In this document: one piece after another, positions 37,456-48,593 of the stretch | How positions within the stretch are numbered: the first letter of the stretch is position 1 | Layout of the letters: each line of letters begins with the position of its first letter | Assembly (NCBI GenBank): GCA_002726235.1 | Contig: PBSN01000013.1 | Location: 1 to 64,000 of the forward strand | Source of the DNA: Nitrospiraceae bacterium | GTDB taxonomy: Bacteria; Nitrospirota; Nitrospiria; Nitrospirales; UBA2166 | DNA: 64,000 nt | Direction of reading: 5' to 3' | Made by a program: the position numbers and the translations under genes | The notes under the pieces: generated by a model | The model's input: the letters and a program-made list of their open reading frames with translations, nothing else | What the model was told of the DNA's origin: nothing | The model's database searches: none

Positions 37456-39231
37456 TCAGGGTGGAAAGAAAAATGGAATTGTGACTGTCGCAAAGACCCA
37501 CAGAACGAGATTTAAGGGCAAGCCTATTCGAACAAAATCTTTAAATGTGTACCCGCCAGGACCCAATACCATAAGATTAGTTTGATAGCTGATTGGTGTT
37601 GCAAAACATGAACTGGCACCAAAAATTATTGCGATCATGAGGGGTATTGGATTCATGCCCACTTCGGTTGCTACGCTTAGTGCTACAGGAACCATAAGGG
37701 CTGCCGTCGCGGTGTTCGAGAAAAATGCGGTAAAAACCATGGTGAGGAAGTATATTCCCCCAATGACAATCCATGGCTGTGTAGTGCCGATCACACCGAG
37801 GAAATGGGTAGCAATGTCGAATGCCAAGCCAGTCTTTATCATGGCCAGCCCAAGGGGAATTGTTCCAGCCATTAGGAGCAAGACTGACGTATCCATTGCC
37901 TGAGTCGCTTCAGATAATCTAAGGCATCGTGTGAGAAGCATGAGTGCGGCTCCGGATAGCGTAAGTGAGACAAGTGGGAACACGTTCAATGCAGCGAGAA
38001 CTACGACTCCAACCATAATAGCTAGGGCAATAGGTGCTTTTTCCCGTTCAACCATGGCTTGTTGGATTTCTTCAACAACCATGACCCCGCCTGCTTCGCG
38101 AAGCCGAATGAGTCCATCGACGTCGGATTGAACCAGCAACACGTCTCCCACTTTCAGGCGTGTCTCGCGGATCAATAATCGATGTGGTCTCCCCAAACGT
38201 TCGATTCCAAGCACTTTTATCCCGTAAAGGCGGTTTAACCCGATTCGACTCAGCCGACGGCCGACATAGGGTGAGTTGGACAGGATCACGGCTTCAGCAA
38301 GGGTGTTGTCGCCAGGTTGTTGCTTGGTCGCTTCACCTTCCTGGATGGCAGGCGCAAGCACGACTCCCACGCTTGAAATTAGGGTGCGGATATTCATAGC
38401 AGTTCCATGAATGATTAGCGCGTCATCGGGTTTGATAATTGTGGTTGGGTCAATGGGCGACCGTAGCACTTCACGCTCTCTGATAATTTCAAGAATTGTT
38501 ACCTCTGCCCCTTCTCCGAAGACCGCTGAGATTGGTTGGCCGATCAAGGATGACTTCGCTTGCACAATGACTTCTGTGTCGAACGTTCCTCCCCGATCCT
38601 GCGTTGACTGCAAGATGACCGGCGTACGATTTGGAAGGAGTGTGTCACTAAGGAAGTACAGGTAGACGACGCCAATGCTGAGATTCAGAATCCCAAGCAC
38701 TGAGAAATCAAAAATGCCAAACTCTGGACCCCCACTACGTTTGGAGAGATCGTTGACGAGGATGTTGGTACTCGTCCCAATCAGCGTGCAGGTGCCACCG
38801 AGAATTGCAAGGTAGTTGATGGGCATGAGTAGCTTAGACGGGCTGATTGTCAGGCGTCGGCAGACGGTGAGCGCAATCGGAATCATCATCATGACAATCG
38901 GCGTATTGTTCGCAAAGGCGCTCAGTGTTGGAATCAGAGCGGTGAGAAGGAGAAATAGCCTGTGCTGACTTTCCTTTGCATGGCGCAAGACGAATGTCAC
39001 TGCCATGTCGAGGGCACCGGTACGAATGAGTCCGGCGCTGAGAACGAACATTCCTGCTACCGTGACGGTTGCGGAACTTGAAAAACCTGAGATGGCCTCT
39101 TCTGGCGTCAGGAGGCCAGTGATCGCGAGAGTCGCAATGATCAGGAGCGCAGTGACCTCTGTTCGAATGTGCTGAGTGATCAGGAGGGTGACTGCTATGA
39201 GGATCAGCAGGGAGAGGATAATTTCGTCCAT
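37456..39231 (-). CDS. SLC13/DASS-family permease with two TrkA-C (RCK_C) domains
   Basis: SAFANNTP, LGGTCTLIGTSTN, FFSNTATA, TPISYQTNLMV..GGY.F.DF. Confidence 0.92.
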   Translation of the reverse strand: MDEIILSLLILIAVTLLITQHIRTEVTALLIIATLAITGLLTPEEAISGFSSSATVTVAGMFVLSAGLIRTGALDMAVTFVLRHAKESQHRLFLLLTALIPTLSAFANNTPIVMMMIPIALTVCRRLTISPSKLLMPINYLAILGGTCTLIGTSTNILVNDLSKRSGGPEFGIFDFSVLGILNLSIGVVYLYFLSDTLLPNRTPVILQSTQDRGGTFDTEVIVQAKSSLIGQPISAVFGEGAEVTILEIIREREVLRSPIDPTTIIKPDDALIIHGTAMNIRTLISSVGVVLAPAIQEGEATKQQPGDNTLAEAVILSNSPYVGRRLSRIGLNRLYGIKVLGIERLGRPHRLLIRETRLKVGDVLLVQSDVDGLIRLREAGGVMVVEEIQQAMVEREKAPIALAIMVGVVVLAALNVFPLVSLTLSGAALMLLTRCLRLSEATQAMDTSVLLLMAGTIPLGLAMIKTGLAFDIATHFLGVIGTTQPWIVIGGIYFLTMVFTAFFSNTATAALMVPVALSVATEVGMNPIPLMIAIIFGASSCFATPISYQTNLMVLGPGGYTFKDFVRIGLPLNLVLWVFATVTIPFFFPP

Positions 39232-39513
39232 CTAAGATGGGATCCTAAAACCGATGGCAACGATAGTACAGGCGCATAAATGGTACGGAAGCAACGATGT
39301 CTAACAGTCTACTGCACACCCAAACAATGCCAGAAGATGTTCATGTTACATGGAAATACTCAACACGTCAGTTAAAACGCAGAATGCCCAAAAAGGTTGC
39401 AAGTCCATCGGCGCGCAGAGCGTAATGAGGTATGTGAAGGAGGGAACGCTTCTGGCGGATTTTTTTAACATCTTGTTAGGGCCGAACGTCAGACCGGACG
39501 TAGTCGCAATCCC

Positions 39514-39747
39514 TCAGAACTTACTGAGCATACGGGAGATGAGGCGTGACCGTTCGATAATCGTGGTTTTTTCGGATTTTAGCATGTCGAGCTCAGTTTT
39601 GACCTTGAGAAACCCCTTATATGCCTCCTGCATTTCTAGATTGACGGTATAGAGGGCTCGATCGAGTTCTGCTGCCATCTGCATCAGCCGATCGTAGTTT
39701 TTTTCGAGATTGCCGGCCTCTTCAGAGGTCAGTGGTTGGACTGACAA
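39514..39747 (-). CDS. Small coiled-coil hypothetical protein
   Basis: 77 aa, helical composition; GAGGAGG RBS before TTG. Confidence 0.6.
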   Translation of the reverse strand: MSVQPLTSEEAGNLEKNYDRLMQMAAELDRALYTVNLEMQEAYKGFLKVKTELDMLKSEKTTIIERSRLISRMLSKF

Positions 39748-40063
39748 GATGCTAGATCCTCCTCATGTGGCTTGGTTGGAACAATGCCATCTGTTAATGA
39801 CGTAAATGGTTTTCCCGCTCTTATCTGTCGAAAGCGGACAAAACCCGTATCTCACGAGCATAGGATGGCACCGTATAGCGTCTGGCGATGTGATGTCAAG
39901 GCACCGTATTTGAGTATTTGAGAGAGGCGAGAGGATTGTCGCTCCATTCTTCACATTCATACGCACGCAACAAGTAATGGGTTGAGTGCTCCGGCTAGCA
40001 GGCACAGAGAAGTCAGTAGCCACTTCTTCTCCTGAATTTGAGCATCTCAGGCATGTTTATAAA

Positions 40064-40092
40064 TTGACAACTTCTAGGACTTCTCCTACAAT
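40064..40092 (+). promoter_or_regulatory. Sigma70 promoter of the aminotransferase/threonine operon
   Basis: TTGACA-17 nt-TACAAT. Confidence 0.75.
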
Positions 40093-40135
40093 CGCGTACG
40101 CGTTTTTCTATTAACTAGAGTAGGCTAACATCGCG

Positions 40136-41311
40136 ATGAAACAGGGTTTTCACCGAATTAACAGGCTTCCCCCGTATGTTTTTGCGGAGGTGACAGCGCT
40201 TAAGCTTGAGGCGCGACACCAAGGGGAGGATATCATAGATTTTGGGATGGGAAATCCGGATATGCCCACTCCGCAACCGATTGTTGATAAGTTGGTCGAA
40301 GCGGCGAAAAATCCCAGAAATATGAGATACTCGGCATCTCGAGGCATTACCAAGCTGCGTGCTGCGATTGCCGCGCGGTACAAGCGAAAATATGGCGTCG
40401 ACCTTGATCCAGAGACGGAGACGATCGCAACTATTGGATCAAAAGACGGCATTGCGCACCTTGTGTTGGCTCTCGTGGGGCCAGGGGATGCGGTGTTAGC
40501 TCCGACCCCCACGTACCCTATTCATCTCTACAGCGTCATTATCGCTGGCGCAGAAGTCCGCGGGGTGCCGTTGCGGGAAGGGGAGGATTTTTTCGAGGCG
40601 ATTACCGTTGCCTATCGCCAGACCCTTCCGCGACCGAGATTGTTAATTCTCAACTTTCCGCATAATCCAACAACTCAGACTGCCGACCTCGAATTTTTCA
40701 AAAAAATTGTCGCATTTGCAAAAGCGAATGACATCATGGTTATGCATGATCTGGCTTATGCCGATTTGGTATTTGATGGTTACCGTGCGCCAAGCTTTTT
40801 AGAGGTTGATGGAGCGAAGGACGTTGGGGTTGAGTTTTTTACCCTCTCAAAAAGTTATGCGATGCCCGGATGGCGTGTTGGCTTTTGCGTAGGCAATCGT
40901 GACATCGTTGGCGCGCTGGCGAAAATAAAGAGCTACCTAGACTACGGCATCTTTCAGCCAATCCAAATCGCGAGTATTCTCGCGTTGAATGAACAGGAGG
41001 AGTCCGTGACAGATATTGTCTCGACGTATCGATCGCGGCGCGATGTGTTGGTGGATGGACTCAACCGGATTGGCTGGCCGGTCCATCGGCCTCTTGCGAC
41101 AATGTTTGTATGGGCTAGGATTCCTGATCGATTTCGCTCGATGGGTTCCCTCGCCTTTTCAAAGATGCTTCTGCATGACGCAAAGGTTGCAGTGTCTCCG
41201 GGTATCGGGTTTGGAGAATATGGCGACGAACATGTCCGGTTTGCGCTGGTGGAGAACGAACATCGAACTCGTCAAGCCATTCGATGTATCAAACAAACAT
41301 TGACCGTGTGA
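40136..41311 (+). CDS. alaC: Class I/II PLP aminotransferase (AlaC-like)
   Basis: [54 protein letters not shown]. Confidence 0.85.
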   Translation: MKQGFHRINRLPPYVFAEVTALKLEARHQGEDIIDFGMGNPDMPTPQPIVDKLVEAAKNPRNMRYSASRGITKLRAAIAARYKRKYGVDLDPETETIATIGSKDGIAHLVLALVGPGDAVLAPTPTYPIHLYSVIIAGAEVRGVPLREGEDFFEAITVAYRQTLPRPRLLILNFPHNPTTQTADLEFFKKIVAFAKANDIMVMHDLAYADLVFDGYRAPSFLEVDGAKDVGVEFFTLSKSYAMPGWRVGFCVGNRDIVGALAKIKSYLDYGIFQPIQIASILALNEQEESVTDIVSTYRSRRDVLVDGLNRIGWPVHRPLATMFVWARIPDRFRSMGSLAFSKMLLHDAKVAVSPGIGFGEYGDEHVRFALVENEHRTRQAIRCIKQTLTV

Positions 41312-41423
41312 GCACTTAGAGCCTTTTCGCATGCCGTGATGGGGGAGTGTTGAAAAACGTACAAATGTTCAGAAGCCTGGCATGGCACATGAAAAGCGAA
41401 ACACCCCGGGTGAATGGCAAGGT

Positions 41424-41541
41424 GGTTAAAAAGACTTATTTGGTCGAGTCGCAGACCTGTTTGGCGTACGGAGTGTATGCGGAGTACGTAGGCATGACAA
41501 CGGACCGAGAGCGACGCTAGGTACCTTTTTCAATAGACTGT
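41424..41541 (-). repeat. Degenerate intergenic repeat copy
   Basis: Reverse complement aligns with 37345-37455; ends GTTAAAAAG / CTTTTTCAA form a loose inverted repeat. Confidence 0.75.
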
Positions 41542-41549
41542 TAGATAGC

Positions 41550-42875
41550 GTGATGAAACAGCGAATTGGTATTGGAATCATTGGCTTCGGCACGGTTGGG
41601 TGTGGGGTTGTGAAGATCCTCATCGATCAGGCAGAGCTTATTCGTCGACGAGTTGGCATTCCGCTTGAGATTGTCGGCATAGCTGATCAGGACATCACCT
41701 CGGATCGTGGCATTGCCCTCGACCGGGGTATCCTGACGACCGATGTTAAGCGACTCATTGACAACCCTCAAACCGATATTGTCGTGGAACTTATTGGTGG
41801 ATTAGAACCCGCAAAACAATTTATTGTGGCAGCGTTGACAAAAGGCAAGCCACTCGTGACTGCGAATAAGGCACTTTTAGCCGTTCATGGTGAGGAGATT
41901 TATGCCACAGCTCAGCAGTATGGTGTGGATATCGGGTTTGAAGCCAGCGTTGGTGGTGGGATGCCCATTATCCGCACGCTCCGCGAAGGACTTGCGGGTG
42001 AGAAGGTTCATACCATCTACGGCATCATCAACGGGACAGCCAACTACATTCTGACAAAGATGAATGAAGAAGAGGTGCCATTTCAGGAGGTTGTCGCGGA
42101 AGCTCAACGTGCTGGTTTTGCCGAAGCAGACCCCTCAACGGATATTGAAGGATTGGATTCAGCCCATAAGCTCGCTATTCTCATCAATCTTGCCTTTGGG
42201 ACCCCAGTGAACCTTGGAGATGTATATACAGAGGGAGTGACATCAATTACCTCCTTAGATCTCGAAGCGGCACGTGAATTTGGGTACACCATCAAGCTTC
42301 TGGGAATCGCCAAGTGGAGTTGCGGGGATGCTAGGTTGCCACAAGGACAGATAGAAGCCCGTGTTCACCCAACCATGATTCCCAATCATTCGCCGCTTGC
42401 GCAGGTGAATGGGGTATTCAACGCCATTCATCTGGTGGGGGAAAGCGTTGGAGATATCATGGTGTATGGGAGAGGGGCAGGATCGCTTCCCACCGGGAGT
42501 GCAGTAGTAGGTGACCTTATTGACATAGCTCGCAATCTCGTTACGAAAGCGTGCGTGCGTGTCCCTCACTGCTCGTTTCAACCGGATGCTCGCGAGATGC
42601 TTCGGCTTAAGCCCATGGCAGAGTTGTGCTGTGCCTACTATTTGAGGTTCACCGTTCAAGATACGCCGGGCATATTATCGCAGCTGGCGGGAATTCTGGG
42701 AGATCACGACATTAGTATTGCCTCTGTCTTGCAACGTGGCCGTGAGCGCGGGGGGAAGGTTCCGGTTGTCATGATTACTCACGAAGCCACAGAGCACAAT
42801 ATCCAGGCTGCGATTCAAAAAATCGAAGGCAATCTGTCGGAGCGAACGATGATCATTCGTATTGAATCGCAATAA
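41550..42875 (+). CDS. hom: Homoserine dehydrogenase with ACT domain
   Basis: GFGTVG, VELIGG, VTANKA, FEASVGGG, GIINGTANYIL, AEADP. Confidence 0.96.
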   Translation: MMKQRIGIGIIGFGTVGCGVVKILIDQAELIRRRVGIPLEIVGIADQDITSDRGIALDRGILTTDVKRLIDNPQTDIVVELIGGLEPAKQFIVAALTKGKPLVTANKALLAVHGEEIYATAQQYGVDIGFEASVGGGMPIIRTLREGLAGEKVHTIYGIINGTANYILTKMNEEEVPFQEVVAEAQRAGFAEADPSTDIEGLDSAHKLAILINLAFGTPVNLGDVYTEGVTSITSLDLEAAREFGYTIKLLGIAKWSCGDARLPQGQIEARVHPTMIPNHSPLAQVNGVFNAIHLVGESVGDIMVYGRGAGSLPTGSAVVGDLIDIARNLVTKACVRVPHCSFQPDAREMLRLKPMAELCCAYYLRFTVQDTPGILSQLAGILGDHDISIASVLQRGRERGGKVPVVMITHEATEHNIQAAIQKIEGNLSERTMIIRIESQ

Positions 42876-42876
42876 G

Positions 42877-43941
42877 ATGAGTAAACATCCTCAGGGCGTC
42901 ATTGCCACTTATCGCGAGTTTCTTCCGGTGACGGACAAGACGCCTATTGTGTCGCTTCACGAAGGGCGCACTCCGCTGATTGCGGCTCGGCAATTAGGGA
43001 AAACGTTTAATCCTCCGATCGCCGTGTATCTCAAGTGTGAAGGTTTTAACCCAACCGGATCGTTCAAAGATCGCGGCATGTGTCTTGCGATATCAAAGGC
43101 GCTTGAGAAAAAGGCGCGGGCAGTGATTTGTGCGTCCACTGGTAATACCTCAGCGTCCGCTTCGGCCTACGGGGCACGAGCGGGACTTCCAGTCTGTGTT
43201 GTGATTCCAGAAGGTGAAATTGCCATGGGAAAGCTTGCTCAGGCCATAATCCACGGAGCGAAGGTTCTCCAGATCAAAGGGAATTTTGATGTGGCGTTGG
43301 ATATGGTTAAGGAAATTGCGGCCAACCAGTCGCTTGAGATCGTCAATTCCATTAATCCGTTTAGGATTGAGGGGCAAAAGACCGCTGCGTTTGAGGTGTG
43401 TGATGTGCTTGGGACCATGCCAACCTATCATTTTCTTCCAGTAGGAAATGCTGGAAATATTACTGCCTACTGGAAGGGGTATCGGGAGTACAAGGATGCG
43501 AAACGAATTTCCTCGTTGCCGAAGATGATGGGATTCCAAGCGGCGGGTGCTGCGCCGATTGTTATCGGGCGAGTGGTGAACAATCCCGAAACCGTCGCGT
43601 CGGCAATTCGCATTGGAAATCCTGCCAGTTGGAAAGCAGCAGCGAATGCCGCAGCGGAGTCGTCAGGAACCATCGATATGGTAACCGACGACGAAATTCT
43701 CGATGCCTACAAAATGGTTGCTGAGCAAGAAGGAATCTTTTGTGAACCAGCTTCAGCGGCATCTGTTGCTGGCCTGCTCAAACTGGCACGCGCGGGTATA
43801 TTTCAGGCCAATGATGCGGTGGTGTGTACGTTGACTGGCCATGGGCTGAAAGATGTCGATCGTGCCATGGCTGTTGCGTCTAGGCCAACAACATGTGTGA
43901 ATGCTGGAGATGTCGCAGAGGCAATCAGAGGGTGGCTCTGA
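42877..43941 (+). CDS. thrC: Threonine synthase
   Basis: NPTGSFKDRG, CASTGNTSAS, PVGNAGN, CEPASAAS, TGHGLKD. Confidence 0.96.
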   Translation: MSKHPQGVIATYREFLPVTDKTPIVSLHEGRTPLIAARQLGKTFNPPIAVYLKCEGFNPTGSFKDRGMCLAISKALEKKARAVICASTGNTSASASAYGARAGLPVCVVIPEGEIAMGKLAQAIIHGAKVLQIKGNFDVALDMVKEIAANQSLEIVNSINPFRIEGQKTAAFEVCDVLGTMPTYHFLPVGNAGNITAYWKGYREYKDAKRISSLPKMMGFQAAGAAPIVIGRVVNNPETVASAIRIGNPASWKAAANAAAESSGTIDMVTDDEILDAYKMVAEQEGIFCEPASAASVAGLLKLARAGIFQANDAVVCTLTGHGLKDVDRAMAVASRPTTCVNAGDVAEAIRGWL

Positions 43942-43973
43942 TGGTCTGCTTTTTTCTGTGAATATTGCTATCA

Positions 43974-45197
43974 ATGAGTTTGGTTGTTCAGAAGTACGGA
44001 GGAACTTCGGTCGGGACGGTTGATCGGATCAAGCATATCGCAGAGAGGATCGCTGCGGTGGCGCACGACAATCATCACATTGTGGTGGTGGTCTCTGCAA
44101 TGAATGATGAAACCGATCGATTGATGACGCTTGCGCATGAGATTTCAGCCCAGCCCGACGAGCGTGAGTTAGATCTTCTTCTTTCGAGTGGTGAACGCAC
44201 CACCATCGCCCTAGTCGCAATGATGCTCAAGGAGATGGGAGTGAAAGCGCGATCATTTACCGGTCGCCAAGTTGGCATTTTTACCAACAATGCACACACA
44301 AAAGCTAGGATCGAGCGGGTAGCCGCAGACAGGATTACGACCGCTTTGGAACAGAACCTAGTGCCGATTGTTGCAGGGTTTCAGGGAATCAACGAGCAGT
44401 CGGATGTTACCACATTGGGGCGCGGCGGTTCCGATCTTACGGCGATAGCATTGGCGGCATCTTTACATGCGGATCGATGTGAGATTTATACGGATGTTGA
44501 TGGGGTTTACACGGCCGATCCGAGAATTGTTCCGATGGCGAGGCGGCTTGATCGCATCTCGTACGAAGAAATGCTTGAGATGGCCAGTCTTGGAGCGAAG
44601 GTGCTTCAGGATCGTGCTGTCGTATTTGCGGCGAACCATCAGGTGAGAATTGTGGTAAAGTCAAGTTTTTCCGAGGCTCCTGGGACCGAAGTTATTCAAG
44701 AACATAGAGAAATGGAACGCAATGCCGTCTCTGGCGTGACCTATGATCGTAATCAAGCCAAGGTTACTCTCATCGGTGTGCCAGACACGCCGGGTATTGC
44801 CGCGCGTATTTTTGAACCTGTTGCACAGGCTGATATTATCGTTGATATGATCATTCAGAACGTAGGTCAGGATGCGATGACAGATATCTCTTTTACTGTG
44901 CCAAAGGACGATGTTCCGAAGGCGATTGAGGTAATGAATTGTGTTTCACAGGAGATTCACGCGAAACGAGTTGAAGTGGTGCAAGATATTGCCAAGGTGT
45001 CACTCGTCGGGGTTGGTATGCGCGCCCATTCGGGCGTTGCAGCAAAGATGTTTGTCATAATGGCCAACGAGGGTATCAACATTATGATGATCAGTACCTC
45101 TGAGATTAAGATTTCCTGTGTGATCGAAGAAAAACATGTCGAGGCTGCAGTGAAGCTGCTTCATAGGGAGTTTGAACTCGATAAGGCATCGAGATAA
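43974..45197 (+). CDS. lysC: Aspartate kinase
   Basis: [30 protein letters not shown], two ACT domains, STSEIKIS. Confidence 0.96.
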   Translation: MSLVVQKYGGTSVGTVDRIKHIAERIAAVAHDNHHIVVVVSAMNDETDRLMTLAHEISAQPDERELDLLLSSGERTTIALVAMMLKEMGVKARSFTGRQVGIFTNNAHTKARIERVAADRITTALEQNLVPIVAGFQGINEQSDVTTLGRGGSDLTAIALAASLHADRCEIYTDVDGVYTADPRIVPMARRLDRISYEEMLEMASLGAKVLQDRAVVFAANHQVRIVVKSSFSEAPGTEVIQEHREMERNAVSGVTYDRNQAKVTLIGVPDTPGIAARIFEPVAQADIIVDMIIQNVGQDAMTDISFTVPKDDVPKAIEVMNCVSQEIHAKRVEVVQDIAKVSLVGVGMRAHSGVAAKMFVIMANEGINIMMISTSEIKISCVIEEKHVEAAVKLLHREFELDKASR

Positions 45198-45207
45198 TGG
45201 GAGGTCG

Positions 45208-46158
45208 ATGACGGTTGCTCGGTTAGGGCTCTGCCTCGGCATGATCCTTGTCGGCGTGTTTCATGGTGGGGCTATTCTATGGGGGGCACCTGAGGAAGAG
45301 GCAGAGAAGTATAATCAAGAGGCCGTTGCCTCGGATGATAGAGGCGCAAAGGAAATGCGCCGAGCCGAAATTGCCAGAACTAATCAGGAACTCAAAATGA
45401 TCCAAGTTGGAGTCTTAGAGGGACTCAAAGGAAAAGGGGTTATTCCGCCTGAGGATATGGAGTTTATTCCTGCTGGCACGTTTGTCATGGGGTTGGAGGA
45501 AACCGACATCTCCGGCTTAAAGCCGGCTCACCGAGTCTATCTTGATGCCTATTGGATTGATCGATTCCCGGTGACCAATGAGGCCTATCAAGCGTGCGTT
45601 GAAGCACATGTGTGTCGCCCGCCTATGGATCGACCTGGGGGATTCTTAAACCGGCGGGAATATTATGACAATCCTGATTTCGCAAATTTCCCGGTAAATT
45701 ATGTGCGTCATGGGCATGCGGTCACCTATTGCCACTGGGCAGGAAAGCGTTTACCTACGGAGGCAGAATGGGAGAAAACAGCGCGTGGTGATGATGGACG
45801 GCTGTATCCGTGGGGAGACGAAATCCCAGAAAGGCTTCTTGAGACCGACCCGAAGTTTCCATCCGTCCCACAGGTCGATCCCGTGGGGTCTATTCCGGAA
45901 TTCGTAGGTCCATATGGGGTGATGGATATGGGCGGGAGCATGTGGGAATGGGTCGCAGATTCATACGAGGGGGATTATTACGCGAATAGCCCAGTGGTAA
46001 ACCCCAAGGGACCGCAACAAGCACACGCGACGAAAGTGAAGCGCGGGGGGGATCGATTTATTCTCACGCCGTGGGCCGTGACCAGAAGTCCTGAATGGGC
46101 GCGTGATTCGAATCCCAACGTGGGGTTTCGATGCACGAAGGATCTCACCATCCCATGA
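45208..46158 (+). CDS. Secreted formylglycine-generating enzyme (FGE-sulfatase) fold protein
   Basis: IPAGTFVMG, PVTN, KRLPTEAEWEK, DMGGSMWEWV, GFRC; signal/TM at N-terminus; start uncertain. Confidence 0.85.
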   Translation: MTVARLGLCLGMILVGVFHGGAILWGAPEEEAEKYNQEAVASDDRGAKEMRRAEIARTNQELKMIQVGVLEGLKGKGVIPPEDMEFIPAGTFVMGLEETDISGLKPAHRVYLDAYWIDRFPVTNEAYQACVEAHVCRPPMDRPGGFLNRREYYDNPDFANFPVNYVRHGHAVTYCHWAGKRLPTEAEWEKTARGDDGRLYPWGDEIPERLLETDPKFPSVPQVDPVGSIPEFVGPYGVMDMGGSMWEWVADSYEGDYYANSPVVNPKGPQQAHATKVKRGGDRFILTPWAVTRSPEWARDSNPNVGFRCTKDLTIP

Positions 46159-47804
46159 GCAAGCGGACGATCGAGATCTATGATACCACCCTACGTGACG
46201 GGTCGCAGGCAATTGATGTGGCCTTCTCAGCGGATGACAAGGGTCGTATTGCGCACAAGCTGGATGAGCTGGGAGTGCACTTCATCGAGGGCGGATGGCC
46301 TGGATCAAACCCTAAGGACATCGAGTTTTTCAAGGTGATGAAGGATCACCCTCTCACCCATGCTAAAGTGGTTGCCTTTGGATCGACACGCAAAGCGGCA
46401 CTGCGAGTTCAGAATGACCCGAACTTGCAGGCCTTGTTGAAAGCAGACACCGAGGTCATCACCATTTTTGGGAAAAGCTGGGTGTTGCACGTTTCCACTG
46501 CGCTTGGGATTTCGCGTGCGAAGAACCTTGAACTCATCTCGGACTCGATTGCCTATTTACGCAGTTATGACAAAGAGGTGATTTATGATGCTGAGCACTT
46601 CTTTGATGGGTTTAAATCTGATCCTGACTACGCATTGAAGACATTGGAAAGCGCGACAAAGGCGGGTGCGATGCGCCTAGTGTTATGTGACACCAATGGG
46701 GCTGCGATGCCGTGGGAAATTCGCGAGATCGTCACCAAGGTATCGAAGGAGACGAAAACGCCAATTGGAATCCATGCGCACAATGATGGGGAGATGGCAG
46801 TGGCAAATTCTCTCATGGCGGTTAGAAGTGGGGCCACCCAGGTGCAGGGAACGATCAATGGCATTGGAGAACGATGTGGAAACGCTAATTTGTGTTCCAT
46901 CGTGCCCAATCTGAAATTAAAAATGGGCCGAGAATGTCTCTCCAGCGAGCAGCTTCAGAAACTTCGAGGTGTCTCTCTCTTTGTGTGCGAAATTGCTAAT
47001 CTGACACCGGATAAACGACAACCCTATGTTGGAGAAGCCGCGTTTACTCACAAGGGAGGCGTACATATTCATGCAGTTGAGAAGCATCCTACTACCTACG
47101 AACATGTCATGCCTGAAGCGGTTGGCAATTGCCGTAAGATTCTCATATCGGATAGCGCGGGACGCAGTGCGATCTTAGCCAAAGCCAAGGATTTTAACCT
47201 CTCACTGTCAAAGGCCAGCCCTCAACTTGATGCGCTACTCCGCGAGTTGAAGGATCGCGAACATCAAGGTTTCCAATTCGATGGAGCTGAAGGATCGTTC
47301 GAGTTGCTGATGCGGAAAGCAATTGGGCCGGCTGGTGAATCGTTTGAATTGCTCGGATTCCGCGTGATCGTTGAAAAGAGGGATGCAAGGCAGGGAACGG
47401 TATCAGAAGCGACCATTATGGTGCGTGTGGGGGACCGTGTTGAGCATTGCGTGGCGGATGGGAATGGGCCGGTGCATGCGCTTGATAACGCTCTTAGAAA
47501 ATCCTTGGAGCTGTTTTACCCGGAACTTTGTGGCGTCCAACTCCGGGATTACAAGGTGCGCGTGTTGACTGGTGCGAAGGGGACCGCATCGAAGGTGCGT
47601 GTTTTGATTGTGTCGGGCGATCATGAGAGGGAATGGAACACGGTAGGGGTCTCAGGTAATATTATTGATGCGAGTTGGCAGGCGCTTGCGGATAGTATTG
47701 AACTCTGTCTCCTGCGGGAACATACGTCAAAATCAAATTCATTGCCAAAAAGGAGCCCGAAGAGGGGGCATGCGAAAAGCAGATCTGGCACACGAACTGT
47801 TTGA
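46155..47804 (+). CDS. cimA: Citramalate synthase
   Basis: YDTTLRDGSQ, IEGGWPGSNPKD, YDAEHFFDG, HAHND, GERCGNAN, HKGGVH, GNGPVHALD. Confidence 0.92.
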   Translation: MSKRTIEIYDTTLRDGSQAIDVAFSADDKGRIAHKLDELGVHFIEGGWPGSNPKDIEFFKVMKDHPLTHAKVVAFGSTRKAALRVQNDPNLQALLKADTEVITIFGKSWVLHVSTALGISRAKNLELISDSIAYLRSYDKEVIYDAEHFFDGFKSDPDYALKTLESATKAGAMRLVLCDTNGAAMPWEIREIVTKVSKETKTPIGIHAHNDGEMAVANSLMAVRSGATQVQGTINGIGERCGNANLCSIVPNLKLKMGRECLSSEQLQKLRGVSLFVCEIANLTPDKRQPYVGEAAFTHKGGVHIHAVEKHPTTYEHVMPEAVGNCRKILISDSAGRSAILAKAKDFNLSLSKASPQLDALLRELKDREHQGFQFDGAEGSFELLMRKAIGPAGESFELLGFRVIVEKRDARQGTVSEATIMVRVGDRVEHCVADGNGPVHALDNALRKSLELFYPELCGVQLRDYKVRVLTGAKGTASKVRVLIVSGDHEREWNTVGVSGNIIDASWQALADSIELCLLREHTSKSNSLPKRSPKRGHAKSRSGTRTV

Positions 47805-48048
47805 AAAAGTGGGAATTTCCAAACGGGATGCGACACATATTGTCAACAGCGTCTTCTCGTCTATCAGGGAAACCCTGCAAAAAGGCGAGTCGGTTAAGAT
47901 TACCGGGTTTGGATGCTTTATGGTGCGGAGTAAGGGGTCGCGCAAAGGAAGAAACCCTCGAACCGGAGAGGAAATAGGTATTACGCCACGCCGGGTTGTG
48001 AGCTTTCGGCCAAGTCAGGTGTTCAAACGGCATGTCAGTCCGAGCTGA
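47770..48048 (+). CDS. ihfA: Integration host factor alpha subunit
   Basis: MRKADL, VKITGFG.F, GRNPRTGEEI.ITPRRVVSFRPS; followed by MerR gene and tRNA-Pro. Confidence 0.9.
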   Translation: MRKADLAHELFEKVGISKRDATHIVNSVFSSIRETLQKGESVKITGFGCFMVRSKGSRKGRNPRTGEEIGITPRRVVSFRPSQVFKRHVSPS

Positions 48049-48391
48049 ACATTCGCAGACCAAGAAACTCTTCCACAAAATAGGGGAAGTCAGTGAGATT
48101 ACTCAGGTGCCTGCCTATGTGCTCAGGTTCTGGGAATCGGAATTCAAGTTTCTTAAACCAGAAAAAGGGCCAGGGCGACGACGGACGTATGTTGAGAGGG
48201 ATATCAAAACCGTACTTACCATCAAGAAGTTGCTGTATGATGAGGGCTACACCATCGAGGGGGTAAGGCGCTGGTGGGGAAGAAAATCGCGTGCAAAGCG
48301 TGAGGATTTGGCCACTACACGGCTTCCGGGAGAGGTACTCAATCACGTCAAAGCCGAACTTAGCGAGGTGCTCAAGATCGTCACGTCATAG
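48032..48391 (+). CDS. MerR-family HTH regulator
   Basis: KIGEVS, VLRFWESEF, RRTY, LLYDEGYTIEG. Confidence 0.9.
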   Translation: MSVRAEHSQTKKLFHKIGEVSEITQVPAYVLRFWESEFKFLKPEKGPGRRRTYVERDIKTVLTIKKLLYDEGYTIEGVRRWWGRKSRAKREDLATTRLPGEVLNHVKAELSEVLKIVTS

Positions 48392-48432
48392 ATGGAAAGT
48401 CGTAGCCAAAATGTCACAGCACTTCAGTGGTT

Positions 48433-48509
48433 CGGGGCGTAGCGCAGCCAGGTAGCGCACTCGCTTGGGGTGCGAGAGGTCGGCCGTTCAAATCGGCTCG
48501 CCCCGACCA
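48433..48509 (+). tRNA. tRNA-Pro (GGG)
   Basis: CGGGGCG/CGCCCCG acceptor stem, CTCGC-TTGGGGT-GCGAG anticodon arm, GTTCAAATC, CCA. Confidence 0.97.
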
Positions 48510-48521
48510 GTTATGGGAAGC

Positions 48522-48584
48522 GATCAGCAGTCAATGTTCAGCTCAATTTTCCCCTATCTCTTGGCTGAGCGCTGACTGCTGATC
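48522..48584. other. Long hairpin between tRNA-Pro and the DedA gene
   Basis: GATCAGCAGTCA...TGACTGCTGATC, 12-bp outer stem with further internal pairing. Confidence 0.65.
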
Positions 48585-48593
48585 ACGTCTTGG

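Noticed and set aside
39763..40023. 86-aa ORF upstream of alaC
   Set aside because: No clear RBS or motif; lies in a divergent promoter region.
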